A stretch of DNA of 63,252 nt, the filler included, from Perkinsus chesapeaki ATCC PRA-425 (lineage: Eukaryota > Protista > Perkinsozoa): the NCBI GenBank assembly GCA_013115145.1. It is 7 parts of 7 records of this genome, joined end to end, with 100 filler letters (N's around TTAATTAATTAA, not from the genome) between each part and the next. Parts side by side here need not be neighbours in the genome. Positions count along the whole stretch, not along the records: positions 1 to 31,245 come from JAAPAO010000423.1; 6 more parts are not named here. One strand, written 5' to 3'. Below, one piece after another: positions 1 through 14,200 of this stretch. The notes under the pieces are model-generated. The model was given only the letters and a program-made list of their open reading frames with translations. It made no database searches and was not told the DNA's origin. Positions within the stretch are counted from its first letter, which is position 1, and every line of letters starts with the position of its first letter. The translations under genes and the position numbers were made by a program.

Positions 1-543
1 TTGTGTGGATAAGACGTAGTTGAATGTTATTAATGTTACCACAGCGGTGGGATACATGTTTGGAATGGATTAGAAATACTAACGACGACGCTCGAGAATG
101 GAAGACCTCAATCTCGGCCGCCTCTAATCGATGATGGGCGCAACTCGAGACATCACTCGAGGGGGGCGTCTCCTTTTACCCCATCCGTCTCGAATTAAAT
201 GCGAACGGTTTATTTTATTATTGGATTGTTATTTCGTGAAACCGATGAGTTTATGGGACTGGTGAGATAATTGATATGAAAGGGATTATTTGACTGGTTT
301 ATTTTCAGGGTGTCGTTAAACCACAAAATCCACAAAGTGATGGAGAATGTATGATGGCATCGACAATAGAAGGAACTGCATTATTTCAATTTAATGAGAA
401 ACTGATTATGAAGGCATTGATTTGTAAGAAGACGAAAAATGGAATTAATAAAGGAAGAAGAATAAAGATGAGAAAACGGATAATATTTGAGGAAATGTGA
501 GAATTGATTTATTATAATTTGAATTGATTCATTTAGTGAAGAG

Positions 544-1113
544 TTGAATGAGATGATCGAATCGATAAAACCAAAAGGAAGGAAATCGACGAAAGAGAGA
601 CCGACAATGAAGAAAGTGAATCCCAAGGCTACAGCGTTCCGAAATTGTCGAGATGAGTTGGTGAAAATGAACAATTACCATCGAAAAAATAAACAAATAA
701 GAGGAAGAAGACAAACGAAGGCATTCGTTAAATTCCTTTGTGACAAGGCGATGATGAGAAAAATAAAATATCGAGAAATGAAGGAAGATGAAATAATGCC
801 GATGCCACAGCTACCGATGGAAGAAGAGGGGAAGAGAGGAGAGGGAAAGGAAGGAGAGGGAAAGGGAGGAGAGGGGAAGGAAGGAGAGGGAAAGGGAGGA
901 GAGGGAAAGGAAGGAGAGGGAAAGGGAGGAGAGGGAAAGGAAGGAGAGGGAAAGGAAGGAGATGGAAAGGGAGGAGAGGGAAAGGGAGGAGAGGGAAAGG
1001 AAGGAGATGGGAAGGGAAGAGAGGATGAGGTTGAAGAAAGGAGAGATGAAGATGATGAAGATGATGATTGGGGTGGACTGAGAAAAATTGAAGTTGAGGA
1101 ACTATTAAAATAA
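544..1113 (+). CDS. Last exon of an unknown protein with a Glu/Gly/Lys repeat and acidic tail; probable paralog of the next gene
   Basis: 189-aa ORF. Shares F..C...L.K......KFLCD plus an acidic tail with ORF 1548-1862. Upstream exons not resolved. Confidence 0.4.
   Translation: MNEMIESIKPKGRKSTKERPTMKKVNPKATAFRNCRDELVKMNNYHRKNKQIRGRRQTKAFVKFLCDKAMMRKIKYREMKEDEIMPMPQLPMEEEGKRGEGKEGEGKGGEGKEGEGKGGEGKEGEGKGGEGKEGEGKEGDGKGGEGKGGEGKEGDGKGREDEVEERRDEDDEDDDWGGLRKIEVEELLK
826..1020 (+). repeat. Purine-only 15-bp coding minisatellite (EGKGG/EGKEG)
   Basis: GAGGGAAAGG(G/A)AGGA units visible in tandem and translated in-frame in ORF 544-1113. Confidence 0.9.
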
Positions 1114-1182
1114 ACTAAATTGATGTTTATAATAATGTTTCGTTCGATTGTATTATTTATATAATAGTTTACTTTAAACTAA

Positions 1183-1862
1183 ATGTTGAAATATATCTCA
1201 TTCATTATCGTCTTACCAATCATCTTACTCATCAACCTCACCTATGCTGCGAAAGTGAGGATTGTTAAAACGGCATGAAATGAGGATTCCTTCTTCAGGT
1301 TAATAAAGTTGAAGGTGATAAACAGAGCTGCTCGATAAAGGAACAGAGAAAGAAATGGGAGGCAGCAATCGAGGCGAAGTTCACATGGAAGCAAAATCGC
1401 CTAAATTTGGTATCGCTTACATGTCCAACTGAACACGGGATCGTGAAGAAGGGAAAGAAGGAGAAGATTGTCTACCGCTCCGAAAGTCGACCAACGTAAG
1501 AAGAGAGGAATCTGCGCTCTAATTAGTTTTGTGTTTTTAGGAATACAATGATCGATAAGAAATACAAAGGGATTTACATCCCGAGTGACAAGAGTTTTGC
1601 AAAGAGACTAGGCAAGGCCAAGATAGATTTTTCAAGGTGTAAAGTCGGAGTTGAAGAGCTCCAGAAGGCACTTAAGAAAAATAATAAGCTTGAGGACCGT
1701 TTCATGAAGGGTTTTGGTCCGTTGATTAAGTTTTTATGCGATGATGTGCCAAGTAATGATGAAGCTGGTGAAAATGATGGAGCTAGTGAAAGTGATGAAG
1801 ATGGTGGGGATAGTGGCAGTGGAGGTGATGATGAAGAACAACAAGGAGACGATGAGTCGTAA
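1183..1862 (+). CDS. Predicted secreted protein, 3 exons, acidic C-terminal tail
   Basis: ATG at 1183 gives hydrophobic MLKYISFIIVLPIILLINLTYAAK (signal-peptide-like). GT-AG introns at ~1256-1298 and ~1495-1540 join in frame to ORF 1548-1862. Confidence 0.55.
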
Positions 1863-2296
1863 TAGAAATATGTGAATGATAAAACATAATTGCATCAACA
1901 ACAACTATGAAAGTGCTCAAAATTGATGTATAAAATGTTGAAAGAACCTTGTAATATTCATTGTGTTTTATAACTATCAATTGGATACCTTAAACGTTTA
2001 CGAACAGCAAGGAGAGGATTACTGTATGCCCTTTGGAATGTATTGCTGCTAGTATAGACAACAATGTTGTAAATACTCGCTATCAGCTCTTGTCTCCCCC
2101 CTCCGCTAAAGGAGCTATGGAGGATTCTTAATGTTACTTATTAACCGGTGAACTCTACAATTCTCTTGGAGACGATATCATAGAGCATGAGGCGAAATGA
2201 ACATAGCGGATGAATTTAGTATCCTAATAATAAACAACATCATATTAGTTTCTTGCCGTACTTGTTATATTTCAACATGAATGCTTGAGCCTATTC

Positions 2297-5200
2297 TCAC
2301 CTATCTCGTGGATTGTTAGTTTTCATTCTCAACTCCACCACGAAATATCTTCTCTCTTGATCGACATAAAGTGGAACTCCGATAGTATCAAGTTCTGATG
2401 AAATATATGCAATAGAAATCCTACAAAAGCTCTTACCGGGGTTCGAACCCTGGACCTTCGCGTCATGTTGTTCAGGAGTCCATTGAAGCGTAAGTGGCGG
2501 TACAGCCGAGAGAGGAGGGTCTTGTTGGTTTACATCCATCAATGTGAATGTAGACGGATCAATGCGGCACCCCTGAGATTAGAAGAGTTCTATCAGCACG
2601 CATGCGCAAGCCTAAGACAACCTCAAGATAAAGATTCTCAACAACTATTGCTGTGGCAGTGGTGGTGGATTTATCTGCTTCCCTTCCTTCTTCTTTTCTT
2701 GTAAAATAACTTTTCAATTTCAATGATGTATCCAGCGGGACCTGATGAAATACAGGACCGAGAACAAGACGTCGTTAGGGATCAGGTAATGATTAACGGA
2801 ATCTTGCAGTGACAAACAGGCTGTGTCTGAAGTACTCGTTGTTTACCTTTAACATTTTGGCAGTCTGTTGCTTTAAAGCATTGAGGAGTACTATTGGATT
2901 AATAACCTGTCCGAAGTCGAGGGGTTCATCGATGGGGAAGTCGGTATGAGTAATACGAGTCAACCACCGTGTACGTAGAGATACATAACGAGTGGAGAGA
3001 GCCTAACAATGTCGATCACGTGATCGATTTCGATAAAGATACTTTCAGGTATCTTAGCGGCTCATCGGGGGCAAACTCCCAATGGGAACTCCACATTGGA
3101 GGTACCTCTTGTTTTATGAGACTCTCGGCCACACCTAGAATGAGAAAGTTAGAGTCACTGCGCCACGAAATTCGGTACTGATTATCTCGGAGGTCAGTGG
3201 GGAGCGAGATGTCGTCGGATTTGCGCAAAATCCTCTGAGCGCTTTCAAATGTCGATCAACCTGAGTATCTTCAGGTCGACCATGCACGATGCAAAACAGG
3301 TTGCCCACTGTGTCATATATTTGTGTCACCATCAGAACATCCATTTTAACACAGGCGACTGTTGGCGAATCTGTTGGTTCGGCGACACTCAACGGAGTCG
3401 AGTCAGCTTTCTGATGCTCAACTGTCCGTGTCGACCAGAATGACCAGAGGACTTCCATCTCCTAAAGATCAAATATGCGAAGGAGAAGAGGCGAAATAAA
3501 CAAGTGATTGTTACGAAGCCCGGCAGAAGCAAGAGGAGACGGATAATGTCCAAGAAACGTCCCGAGTTAGGCTCTGTACTGATATTTATTATTATAACTA
3601 TGCCATATGATGGATAGGGCGTTATTCCATACCAGCCTGTCTTATCGATACGTTGTTGGACACAAGGGGGCAGTTAGAAATAAGTGAGAAATACTATAAC
3701 ATGCTGTGGAGTTTCATAGAGGAAAAACAATTCTTACTATTTTCCAAAGCTTTATATCAATGGACTGCTGCTGATGCTGTTGGTTGAAAGATGAGCTCCC
3801 AGGGTGGACCCAACTTGAGTTCAAGATACGTATCTGGCTCACAACCTAAAAGATACTTTTCGAGGTTGATTAATGACATCTTGAGCAGCTCACTCGCTGA
3901 CTATTTACTATTTGTAGATTCCTATCAGCGTTTGCTGCCATCCCCAAATCAATATGATCGGCACCAGACCGAGGCTCGTGAATGAGATGCGATTTGAATG
4001 TATCTGACAGACCCCAGTTCAAATCCCATGTACCTGACATTTCTTGGACTAACCCAGACTAGTAGAAGCTGGCAGATGGAAAGGTAGGAGGGAGGACCCA
4101 TTATCGATCGCCTGATCGATTAAAAATAGCGAATATACTGACATAGGAATCCTACCTGCTGCGCAAAGATACCTTTAACATATTGCCGTATTAACCTCAA
4201 ATCAAAATGGTTATCCACTCGGCATCCATAAATCGCATTCTCAAGAATTCCTCGAAGTGTTTGCCATTCCACTGGAATGAAAAGGTCCCGGGTTCTAATC
4301 CCAGAGCCGACATTTTACCGTTTTCCTTATTAATAACCTGTAGAGCCGACTCACAAGCACTTTTCAGATCAGCGGTAGAGAAGCCATAATCCTTCGACCA
4401 TCCCTGAAAGGCTTGAACATAAGGTTAGATAAAGTTACGATAGATCGCTTACCTGTGGGATGAAGGCACATCTCACTTGGATGATAGCGTGAAAGCAAGC
4501 ACACATGAATATAACCTAAAATGGATACTTTAACATACAATAGAGTTAAAAAATGGGATAATAATAATCAATAATAATAAACTGAGGGGATAAATACGAC
4601 GATTAACCGCTTGTTCATGCTAGCCGCATTATGTGAGTTTTATACTTGGTTGATGGATATGGACATCATTCATTAGAGGCTGCATTTTCGTGGCGCGTGA
4701 CAGAATGCACCTGCGATCTTCTAACTTCTCCTCCGGATCCGAACCACGCCCCATCCCAGTCCTCGCAGATCCTCATAATGTTATTCCTGATTCCTGGTGG
4801 AGATTCATACGCCACTTTTAAAGATGATTCCAGTAATGTTACGGGGAAGTTATCTCGAGGCTCAGTGGTAAGCCAACACCTGCAAGGATTTGGCACATGA
4901 GCTAATAAGGATAATGTGAGACCTGAAATCTTTGTGGACTTCCGCCGTGCTCTTCTCAAGTTGAGCTTCAATTTTGGCTGCCCATCCGAGCGCCAGATGA
5001 AGATTCATAATAAGCACCCAATGGCCTTCTTTAATGCCCTCTAATCGAAGCGCGACCCAGGTTCGAACCCGAGCACTGACATCATTTACTTTGCAAAGAT
5101 CCCAAAACTTCCTGCTCATTTCCTCCACCAATAGCCACTGCAACCAGGTTATGCCTGGAATAACTTCACGCGCCACGAAATATTCGGCAACTACCCCTTA

Positions 5201-8200
5201 GCAGCTGCATGTTGTGCAATCTCTTTAGTTGGATCTGCTCCCGGTGTGACTATGAATAATATTGGTCGAATGGTGTTACGGGATGAAGCAGCAACATCAT
5301 CAGATAAGAATGTAAGTGATGTATTGGAAGAGGATGCCGATGACACAGTTAAGGACTGAGAAAAGTCGCTACCCGGATTTGAACCGGGGTTGTCACGGCC
5401 ACAACGTGACGTCCTAACCACTAGACGATAGCGACTTAGTACCCACCTGAGTACCTCTGAGGAGAACTTAGCGAGTGCGGATTCAAGCCGATCGGGTCGC
5501 AATGCTTGGACGATGAGAACTTTCTGGAAGGACGTTAGTTTCAAGGCCACTGACTGTGGGAACTTCTCCTCGCATGCATCCTCCTATGAATATTCAACAT
5601 AACATACTTTCTATCTAACCAGCTTCGAGCTAAGATACTCACTTGCATCCACTCTTGCCACAAACTTGAGGTCTCCATTTCAGCCTTTTCATTCAATCCC
5701 GGCGATGCCGAAATTAAATTAATGAGATGATCTTTCCTATCTGTTGGGCACCAGACCCTATGTCCCTCCTTTAAAGTTTCCTTCACATCGTCACGCGCCA
5801 CGAAATTCCCCGTGAACAACCTCCACTCGTCCTCTGTAATCGATCTAGCTGCAAATGTTTTCGACATCAATATGGCAAACGTAAGTCTGATAGCAACTCG
5901 CTCATGAGTTTCGTGGCGCGTGAAGTTACCTGTCATGCTTGAATAGCGCCCTGTTGACATAGCCCAGAACATTGGCTTTCATTCTCATCATCATTTCACC
6001 CAGACGCGCTTCAATTTGATCTGACGGTTGCTCAACGGTTGTGTCTGAGAGTTCACATTTTTTAGGTGGGGAGGCGATGATGAACTTACCAATGAGTGAA
6101 TCTCGGAAGATGTGGATGAATTCGGTTAGAGAAAAACGATACATCGGCCTAGTATCCAGGCTTCAAGCATGCAAGATGCGCAGTAGGTTACCCAATCCTC
6201 GCCATATCCAACATAAGCATGAAGAGTTCCGCCCCTTCCACGGCGACAGCTCGGAACATCTAACAGCTTCGCAATCGAACGTTTCGACTCTCTATTTACA
6301 TTGCGTTGTTTATCAAGATCGTCTTGCAATCTTATGCTCTCTTGCAAACTCTCAACGATACTCAATGCACTCGTTTTAGTCTTTTCAAGACTTTCCATTA
6401 ATTTTTCATTCTCCAAAATGTTACCCTCAACAGCCGACAACTGCCGCAACAAATCTTCCTCAACTTCCATCAACCGATTCTGAGCAAGCCTCCAAATCGA
6501 TCATGTGATCGATTACAACCCACCTTGAGAGTATCTTCTTTCTCTATCAATTCCCCTCGTCTCTTTTCTAGCTCTGGCCGTTCATGACCAATAACAATTC
6601 CTACCAACTGTGATACCCATTGCATCCCTAACTACGCCCCACCTAGCAATTGGTGCATTAGTCCTTGCCGTGTTGCTGTGAAATTAACGCCAATAAGGAG
6701 ACTTCGCTCATTTGGCGCCATTGTCTCAAAAACTCCAGCATCCCGACTTGTAAGGAGAAGTCGAAAATCATCAGAATAATCGACGCTTCGCTCCGCCAGT
6801 TGAACGACTCTTCTTGACCCAATCAATTGGTAATCTTTTCTCAAGATAGGCAAGAGAACCGGTGAGATATTTCGATCGACGCCGAGATTAACCATAAGTG
6901 TTTTACCAAACCTCAGAGACAGTTCGAGTGTGTGCAGGAATGTCGAATCATTCTGATCAACGCACACCAATGATGTACCACTATCGGACAGGTGCCGGGC
7001 AAGCCATCCAAATGCCTTCTGAGTTGCATCGGCAATTAATGGCACTGCCGCCTAGCAGAGTGAGGTGTGCAATATTGGCAACGAATTTCGGTATACCTTT
7101 TCACTCTTGAGAACGACTAATGCATTTTCTGCTGAGAGTTCGTCTCCTCCAAGACCTTGGCTTTTGAACTTCATCAGCTCGGACTCTTTTCCGCTAAATT
7201 TCTTGAATGAGAATCCCTCCATTGTTATGGATTTAGTTGCAAGCTTTGAGCTCCAATCAGAAAGATACTCTGTACGAGCAATTTCCGAGAGTGCTCCGAG
7301 GTAAACCATAAATGCAGCAGCCAACATGCTTTCGACAGGCAGCCGATCTGAGGCATCAGATCTTGGGACGAGTTAGACTTGGGGTGCCCAGGTGAGTGAG
7401 AATAACAGTGAAATCATGTAATACGTATAAATGTAATGAGCCATAGAAGAATATATAAACGTTATGCTCACCTATCTTGCTGGATATTTCAGCTACCTCT
7501 TTCTCCCATCGCGTCTTCTCGTCCCCAAGACCTTCGAGAAGACCAACTGCCTTATTCAAAGTTCCACGTGCATGTTCGACCCCTTGACGGAGCCCCTCAG
7601 CCTCTCCTGAAATACGATACTTCATTGCATCAAACAAACTTCGATTGTGCTCGGAATTTGGGCTTGACGGTTAAACACGACACTCATTTTCCGGGATTGT
7701 TGGAACAGCTCGAGTTCTACAGAACATTTACCATAACAGGAACGAATTGTTGCTGAGCTCCACAGATGATTGTGGCCATAACGGCTCGGAAGGTTTGCGC
7801 AAGCTGATTAACGAATTTGTGCACACCTTCAGCGAACCTTCGCGTGTCCAGCTCATCGTCGCCTGTACCACCCAGGTTGTCAGATGGTGCGATGTCGCAT
7901 TAACTTCATTCACAAGAAGTCTTCTTGCGAATGGCCGACACCCGCGTCGCGGCGGTGCAAAACGGTGACATGTTAGAGCAACGCGTAGCAACCAATCGTT
8001 GAATTCCTTAAGTGAACGTAAGTTTTTTTGGGATCCACGGAGCTTTTACTCTTCATGGCTGGAGATTTTAAACTTCTTCTCAAGTAGCACGTCTTCGAAA
8101 GGTGAGCTTGTTGTTGAGGATGGGTCGGCCGTAGGCTATATCGCCAACTCAGGCGTTTCAGCCGGCCTACCATCCAGTGGTTACACCACATCCCCTCCCT

Positions 8201-11200
8201 TCCATGAAGCATCAATGATGCTTATTATCTTCAAGATAATATCTTGCGTCCATTTGCTTGTCAGCGTAAAAGTAGATTATGCTTAGTTCAACAACTGCGT
8301 CGTCTCCTTTTTAGCATTCAGGGAATGAAATCCACTTCCAATGTACTACATTGAATGTAGAGGAGACAAGATCGCAGCCTTTGCTTCATTCCTAGCCCGC
8401 CCCCGTCCAAGCTTTCAATGCTACAGCTACAATTGGTGGTGCTGCTGGCAGATGTTCACATCAGGGTAATTGTTGACGTTGTAGTTTCTGTTCCGATCCA
8501 ACAGAAACCCAGGTTTATGTTAACACTAGCTTAATATTACTGGTCACATCATGTGACTCACATGACTCGGATCAGCAGGCTCCAACTTGGCTCCCAACTT
8601 TAATAAGAGCCTGGCCAGGCCCAGCTCGACAAGCTGGAGGCCAGCTGGGAGTCCCAACTACACTATCAAGCAAAACTTGATCACAATCGGCCGCGGATTC
8701 CGCCGCGCGGAAGACCATTACCGATGATCCATGATCAATGATCCTGAGATATGACGACCACAAGTTGAGAAAAAGCTATAGAAATACCGATCAGAGAGAT
8801 AGACAAAGACAAAGCCGAAGAGGTTACATAGATAGTTTCCCCATGTCTAATACTCACCGGTTCGAACAGCAAACTCCTTTTGCATCTCTTTAACCTTTTC
8901 ACCAATCCTCTCTCGCTCAACCTCACATTCTCGCAGTCTCATCCGAGCTCCATGAAGATCATCTTCAGTCTGACGTAATTTACTTTCCATCGGAGCTACC
9001 TTTTCTATCACTCGAGAGTATCTATGCGCAATCGACACAAATGATCTACAACAAATCCTATAATCATAATAACTCACCTCACATTAGCCTTCACCCACAT
9101 CGCCAACGGTGCAGCGGCCAAGCTCGCCCGTCTAATAACCGAATCCTCAAACGATCGACCCTTCTCTTGCAATAACTTCTCAACATCCTCTCTGGCTTTC
9201 GAAGAAATCTTGCGCGCATCGAAATTCAGCACTCTTTGAATCACTCCCGCTCCGGATAGGAATTTCTTCATGGCATTCCAACTGTTATCAGATCCTCCCA
9301 TCAACAACAGCACGCCATACAGCACATCATGGATCGCCTCTGGTGGCATTTTCAGTGCCCGAATTTCGTTTAAATTATCTTGCCGAATCGATCCAACTGC
9401 CCGTCGTGCCTCATCGATGAGCGGTTGAATCTCAGCCAACTCATTTTCGATCCTCGCGTGCTCCTGCGTCGCCTCCAACTCATCTTTGCGAGTTCGTTCG
9501 CTAAGAATCTCAACTTCAGCTTTGTATTTTGCTGCCTCTTCCATTCCCACTTCGATGCTCTTCAAAGCGCCGCTCGCCAGTTTCTCCTTTTCCGATAATT
9601 CTTTTTCTTTCGCTCGCGCCTCGGTCGCTAATCGATCAACCGTTACATGCATTTCTCTCAGTTTTCCCAAACCCTTCTGCAAGCGTTCCCCTTCCAGTCT
9701 GACTCTGGTATGATGATCCCCATACCCAATCCTCCACAACTTGAGCAAGGTCAGAAGATATCTTTGACTACATTTCGAGCTCTCATGGATATCCACAGTC
9801 GCTTCGCATAGCTCTTTATGATAGCTTACAGTTGTCTTCTCTCCATCACTGGCAAGGAGCTCCTTTAATCCCCTTGAAGTGATGATTAAAGATGACCTGA
9901 TAAATGAAGGTTTTTCTTATTTCTGGGACTTCTACTATCTACTAACTAGCAGTATGATGGCTAGTATTATTTAGTCCGTCAATTATGCCTAGTGACCCGG
10001 CAAGTCACTTTTATTTCACTAAACTAGTACGCATGATGGTGATAAACAGTTACATTTATCGAGCTGAGCCAACCGTAAACTATCCATCTCCGTTGGGCAA
10101 TTAATCAGCCTATCTGCTTTTGAGTAGGTTATGAGTTATTCATAATAATCAGGAAATAAAAAATCTTCAATATTCTCCTCCTCCCTTCTTACTTCCTACT
10201 CCAACTTGTCCAGTTCCATAAGACTGTAGTATTAGTGAACAATGCAGGGTTCGTCGATGTTATCTCATAATAATGCGGATGATCAGGGTTCAACGATAAA
10301 ACGAAAGCCAAGTTATCTTTCACGCGCCTCAAAAAGTATTCCTCGAGGCTTTCAGCTGGCATCGACTCTTGCTGATGTTGATCCTTGATTTGTCCCAAAA
10401 TCAATTCCTTCTCCTCTGCTTGAATTAATCCTCCCACATCTCCCGAAGCGACGAGGCTGTTCAAAACAGCAAAGAATTCCTCAGCAGATCCCCGCAGATG
10501 ATGGTCCTCGACAAAAACAATTATTTTTTCCCGCTCCGCTCCGCCTGCTGCTGCTTTAATAACTGCCGCTTTTATTTCTTTCAAATTTATTTTTCCTTCC
10601 ATCGCCGTTAATGTCGGCGTTATAATTTCGTATTGGTGCATATGAGCCATCAAAGCCAAACTGCTCCTCCTGCCGCAACCAGATCGACCAACCATCAGCA
10701 CGCATGCGCAGCCGCCCTGTCCGACACGAACGCCGAGAGCTCGATCAAGGCATGCTAAATTCTCCAGCACCTACTACGACTTGAGCAATCGAATAAAAAC
10801 CGCGCGCCACAAAACTAACCTCATCCACAATAGAAATTCCTAACGGCTTGATGTCTCTTTCATACTCTGCCAATCCAGAAGTTATCAATTGGCGATAATC
10901 AGACTTTGGAATTCGCTCAAGTCGGTCAAGTCGATGACCTGATGACCACTAATCAGATGAGCCGGTGTAAGAAATGATTATCAAAGAAAGAATACAAAAA
11001 GATACGAAAGTTATTGACCACGAATTCTGGTGGACGAAAATTCGACAAACGCATTTCGCTAAATCGGAGAATTTCTAAGTACTTAACACTTGTGTTAACA
11101 TAATAATTTTTCATTCGACCGTTCATCTCACCATTATTCTTCTTTCTCCTTCCTAATGCCATCAAACCACTCCATTTAGCTGCTTCTTTATAATCTGCTA

Positions 11201-14200
11201 TTTCCCCGAACCTCGCCTCTGCCACGCCACGAAGTATCATATCAAACTTAGCGCGGTGCTGACCACCAACCAAACGGTCTCTAAAAATCCTTCTACCTTC
11301 GTAACTGAATACCAACAATACCAATCCATAAGCACGTTAAATATGCCAAATCCCACTGAGGTGGCTCATCTAGAAGCCCATGATGACCTGTCGCTTACAA
11401 CACCTATGTAGTAACCAAAAGCTCCTCGAAATTGCCCTTCTCATTATCGATGAAAAACAACAGCTCCCCGAATGGCCGCATATTCGTTGAAGTCGTTTGT
11501 CTATGGTCCCTCAGACCATCATATAAACACATTTCGAGCACTTCAAAACGTTCCAGTATTTTCTATCAGTGATATGATGATGAGAGACCGAATAACAAGA
11601 ATATATCTCAAGTCCAAAATGATGCTATTAGCCCCTCCTCCTGCTGCTATTGGGGGTTACCTACCCCCAGGCCTCGATGAGTGTCGTATCATCTGCTCCT
11701 GCTCCTGCTGTGGTGGTGGTATTATATAATAATAACTGCTGTAACCAATTGCTTATATCGCGGGGGGTGAATACGTAATGAGAGTATCTAATAAATGGGG
11801 ACAATCGCCGACTAACAACTGGAGGAGGAGGAGATAACTAAATTGCATCAATCTGTTTCTAATCTCAACTTTTCTCGCATTTTCCTTATCCTTGCTGCCT
11901 AAAGTAGCACCACCATTTCTCCGACCAATACCGAGCTGCTCCCAAAGGGCGGCAATACTTGCAATATTATTACTTCGTTCTTCTTCCCCATCTTACGTTT
12001 CTGGTCCAAAGTGTTGAGCTATTTGGTAATAAACATCAACCATTCCTTCAACTGCTGACTGCATAGCTTTTGACTCGTTACCGATGATGATAGTTGAATA
12101 AATACATTCCAACTCATTGCGATCTGGAGGAGATATCCAAGCTTGACAGATGCCCGAGGTGAACCTGAACCAACAACACACCGTCACTGCGCCACGAAAA
12201 TCCACATATTTCCGCCCAGCCGTACAAAAATGTAGTTCAATCTCTTTCTGTGGTGGTATTTCACTCGACAAGTGATTTCCGTGGCAAAGTCGAACCGAAA
12301 GGAAATTAAAAAATTTAACAGTTGAACTTCACAGTAGCTCGAGACTACACCGTATAAATTGAATTATGGAACGGTGGCTTGCGAATCAATTAGGTCAAGA
12401 GCTGATTGAAAATGTGATGCAGAGGAAAGAAATTTTAGGAAAAGTTCAAATACGCTTTCAATCCAAAGGAGCGTCGTCTTCGATGAGAAAATATGTCCCA
12501 AAACCGATCGTCGGATCAGAACTTACCGTTTTGAGATGACATGTCGTCCAAGTGATGATGATGGTGCAACAGACGATATAAATTGGATACTCTCCAAGGT
12601 AGCCGTCTCCAAATCATAATCATTAAAACTCTGATAACAAAGATACACGGGCTGGGATTCGAACCCGCGACCTACGCCATAAGAGACCATCTCCTGTAAC
12701 GCCGCCACGATTTGAGTTGTTCCATATTTATCTGGTTTGGTAAGATTAACGTCATCGATCATCAACACAGTTCGTTGGCCCGATCTCGGTCTGTAAGTCC
12801 TCCCTTTTGGACCTTCAAAAATGACAAGTCCACAAATGATGGAGGTTCAATTCAACAATGTCGCTTGTCTACTACTTCATATCATTGTTAACAATCTATA
12901 TAATAGTTTATAAGCAATAATAATACAGCCCGAAAAACTTTTAATGATATCATCATCTATTATATTACCTACTTGTTATAACAATTATACTATCTAGGTA
13001 ATTTATGAGACATTTTCATTTTCCACCTTCTGCAAAAAAGTGCAAAGGATTCTACCTTTTCCATCTTGAGACGATTATTTTTGAAAATTCACCTTCCCTC
13101 CAACGCCCCCACCAATCTCAAATTTTTTCTCAAGCCAACTAGTTCAAATAATGACCACCATCTCTGGTAACACTATCGGTGTTTGAGGAACAGCGAGCCG
13201 TCGGCGGCGGGGGCGATCGATGATGGATCCTTACCAGCTCCAATGTGGCAAATACTCCCCAATTTAATTGCAACATCAGCACCCTTGCTTTGACCGTTAC
13301 ACGATAAAGTTGCCCAACGAGCTGCTGCTCCGTTAATGTGAGCTGCTGATGAGATTTCAGGGCAACATTTTAATAAGTCACCTGTTAGTTCACTTTTAAT
13401 AAATAAACGTTTGCCCGATCCTTCCGGGCCACAGATGATGAAGTGATAACCTAAAGGATTACAATAGGAGGTCAAAGGAGCCATTGTCATTCACGAAGGT
13501 GCGTGGCGGAGAAGGCAGGAAAATTCTATTATTTTTCTGAAATTTTCCCGACTGTGGATGAATCTAAGTGTACTCGGATGGAGACAGGTTCGATAGTATA
13601 TAATGGGTAGTAAAATATCGCTTGTATTTCATAACTCACCTTTTCTAAGCCATCCACTAAATAAATCAATCATAGTTGCCACATGCCGGGTTCGAACCAG
13701 GGTCGTCGTCGTCGTTGTCACATCTCCACTATAGGTTACTTCTTCGCTGTACCTGTGAAATCTATAAATAAAAGTATCTTTCAGACTTCTTATCACCTCA
13801 CCAAACCGCCAATGTCATCACAAAACGTGCAATTACGAGGATTGCCCTCATCTGGTAATACCTCCTTGCCACATTTGAAGACGAATCTAAAGACAACAAC
13901 AGAAGCAGCTGCAGCTAGAGGTGTCAGAAAACAACTAACAAACATCGCAATCGTCGGTAATTTAATTCGATACTAACGAAGCGAACACATTCATTGAAAT
14001 GATAATATTGAGAATGTCCTTATTTATCCCAACCAATCTCACCTATATAATTGTTGTGCCAGACTATCATTGGATATGCAACCACCAAGACCACGTGCAA
14101 CCGCCACCAAGAACTTTCCCTGAAAACAACATCATAATAGCCTACTAGTAGAGCGAGTAACCGATGCATTCTTCAATCCAAAGGGCGTGAGTTCTATCCC

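Noticed and set aside
4735-8870. B-box-like strings at ~4735 (GGTTCGGATCC rc) and ~8858 (GGTTCGAACA)
   Set aside because: Imperfect, exonic, with poor stems; compatible with chance.
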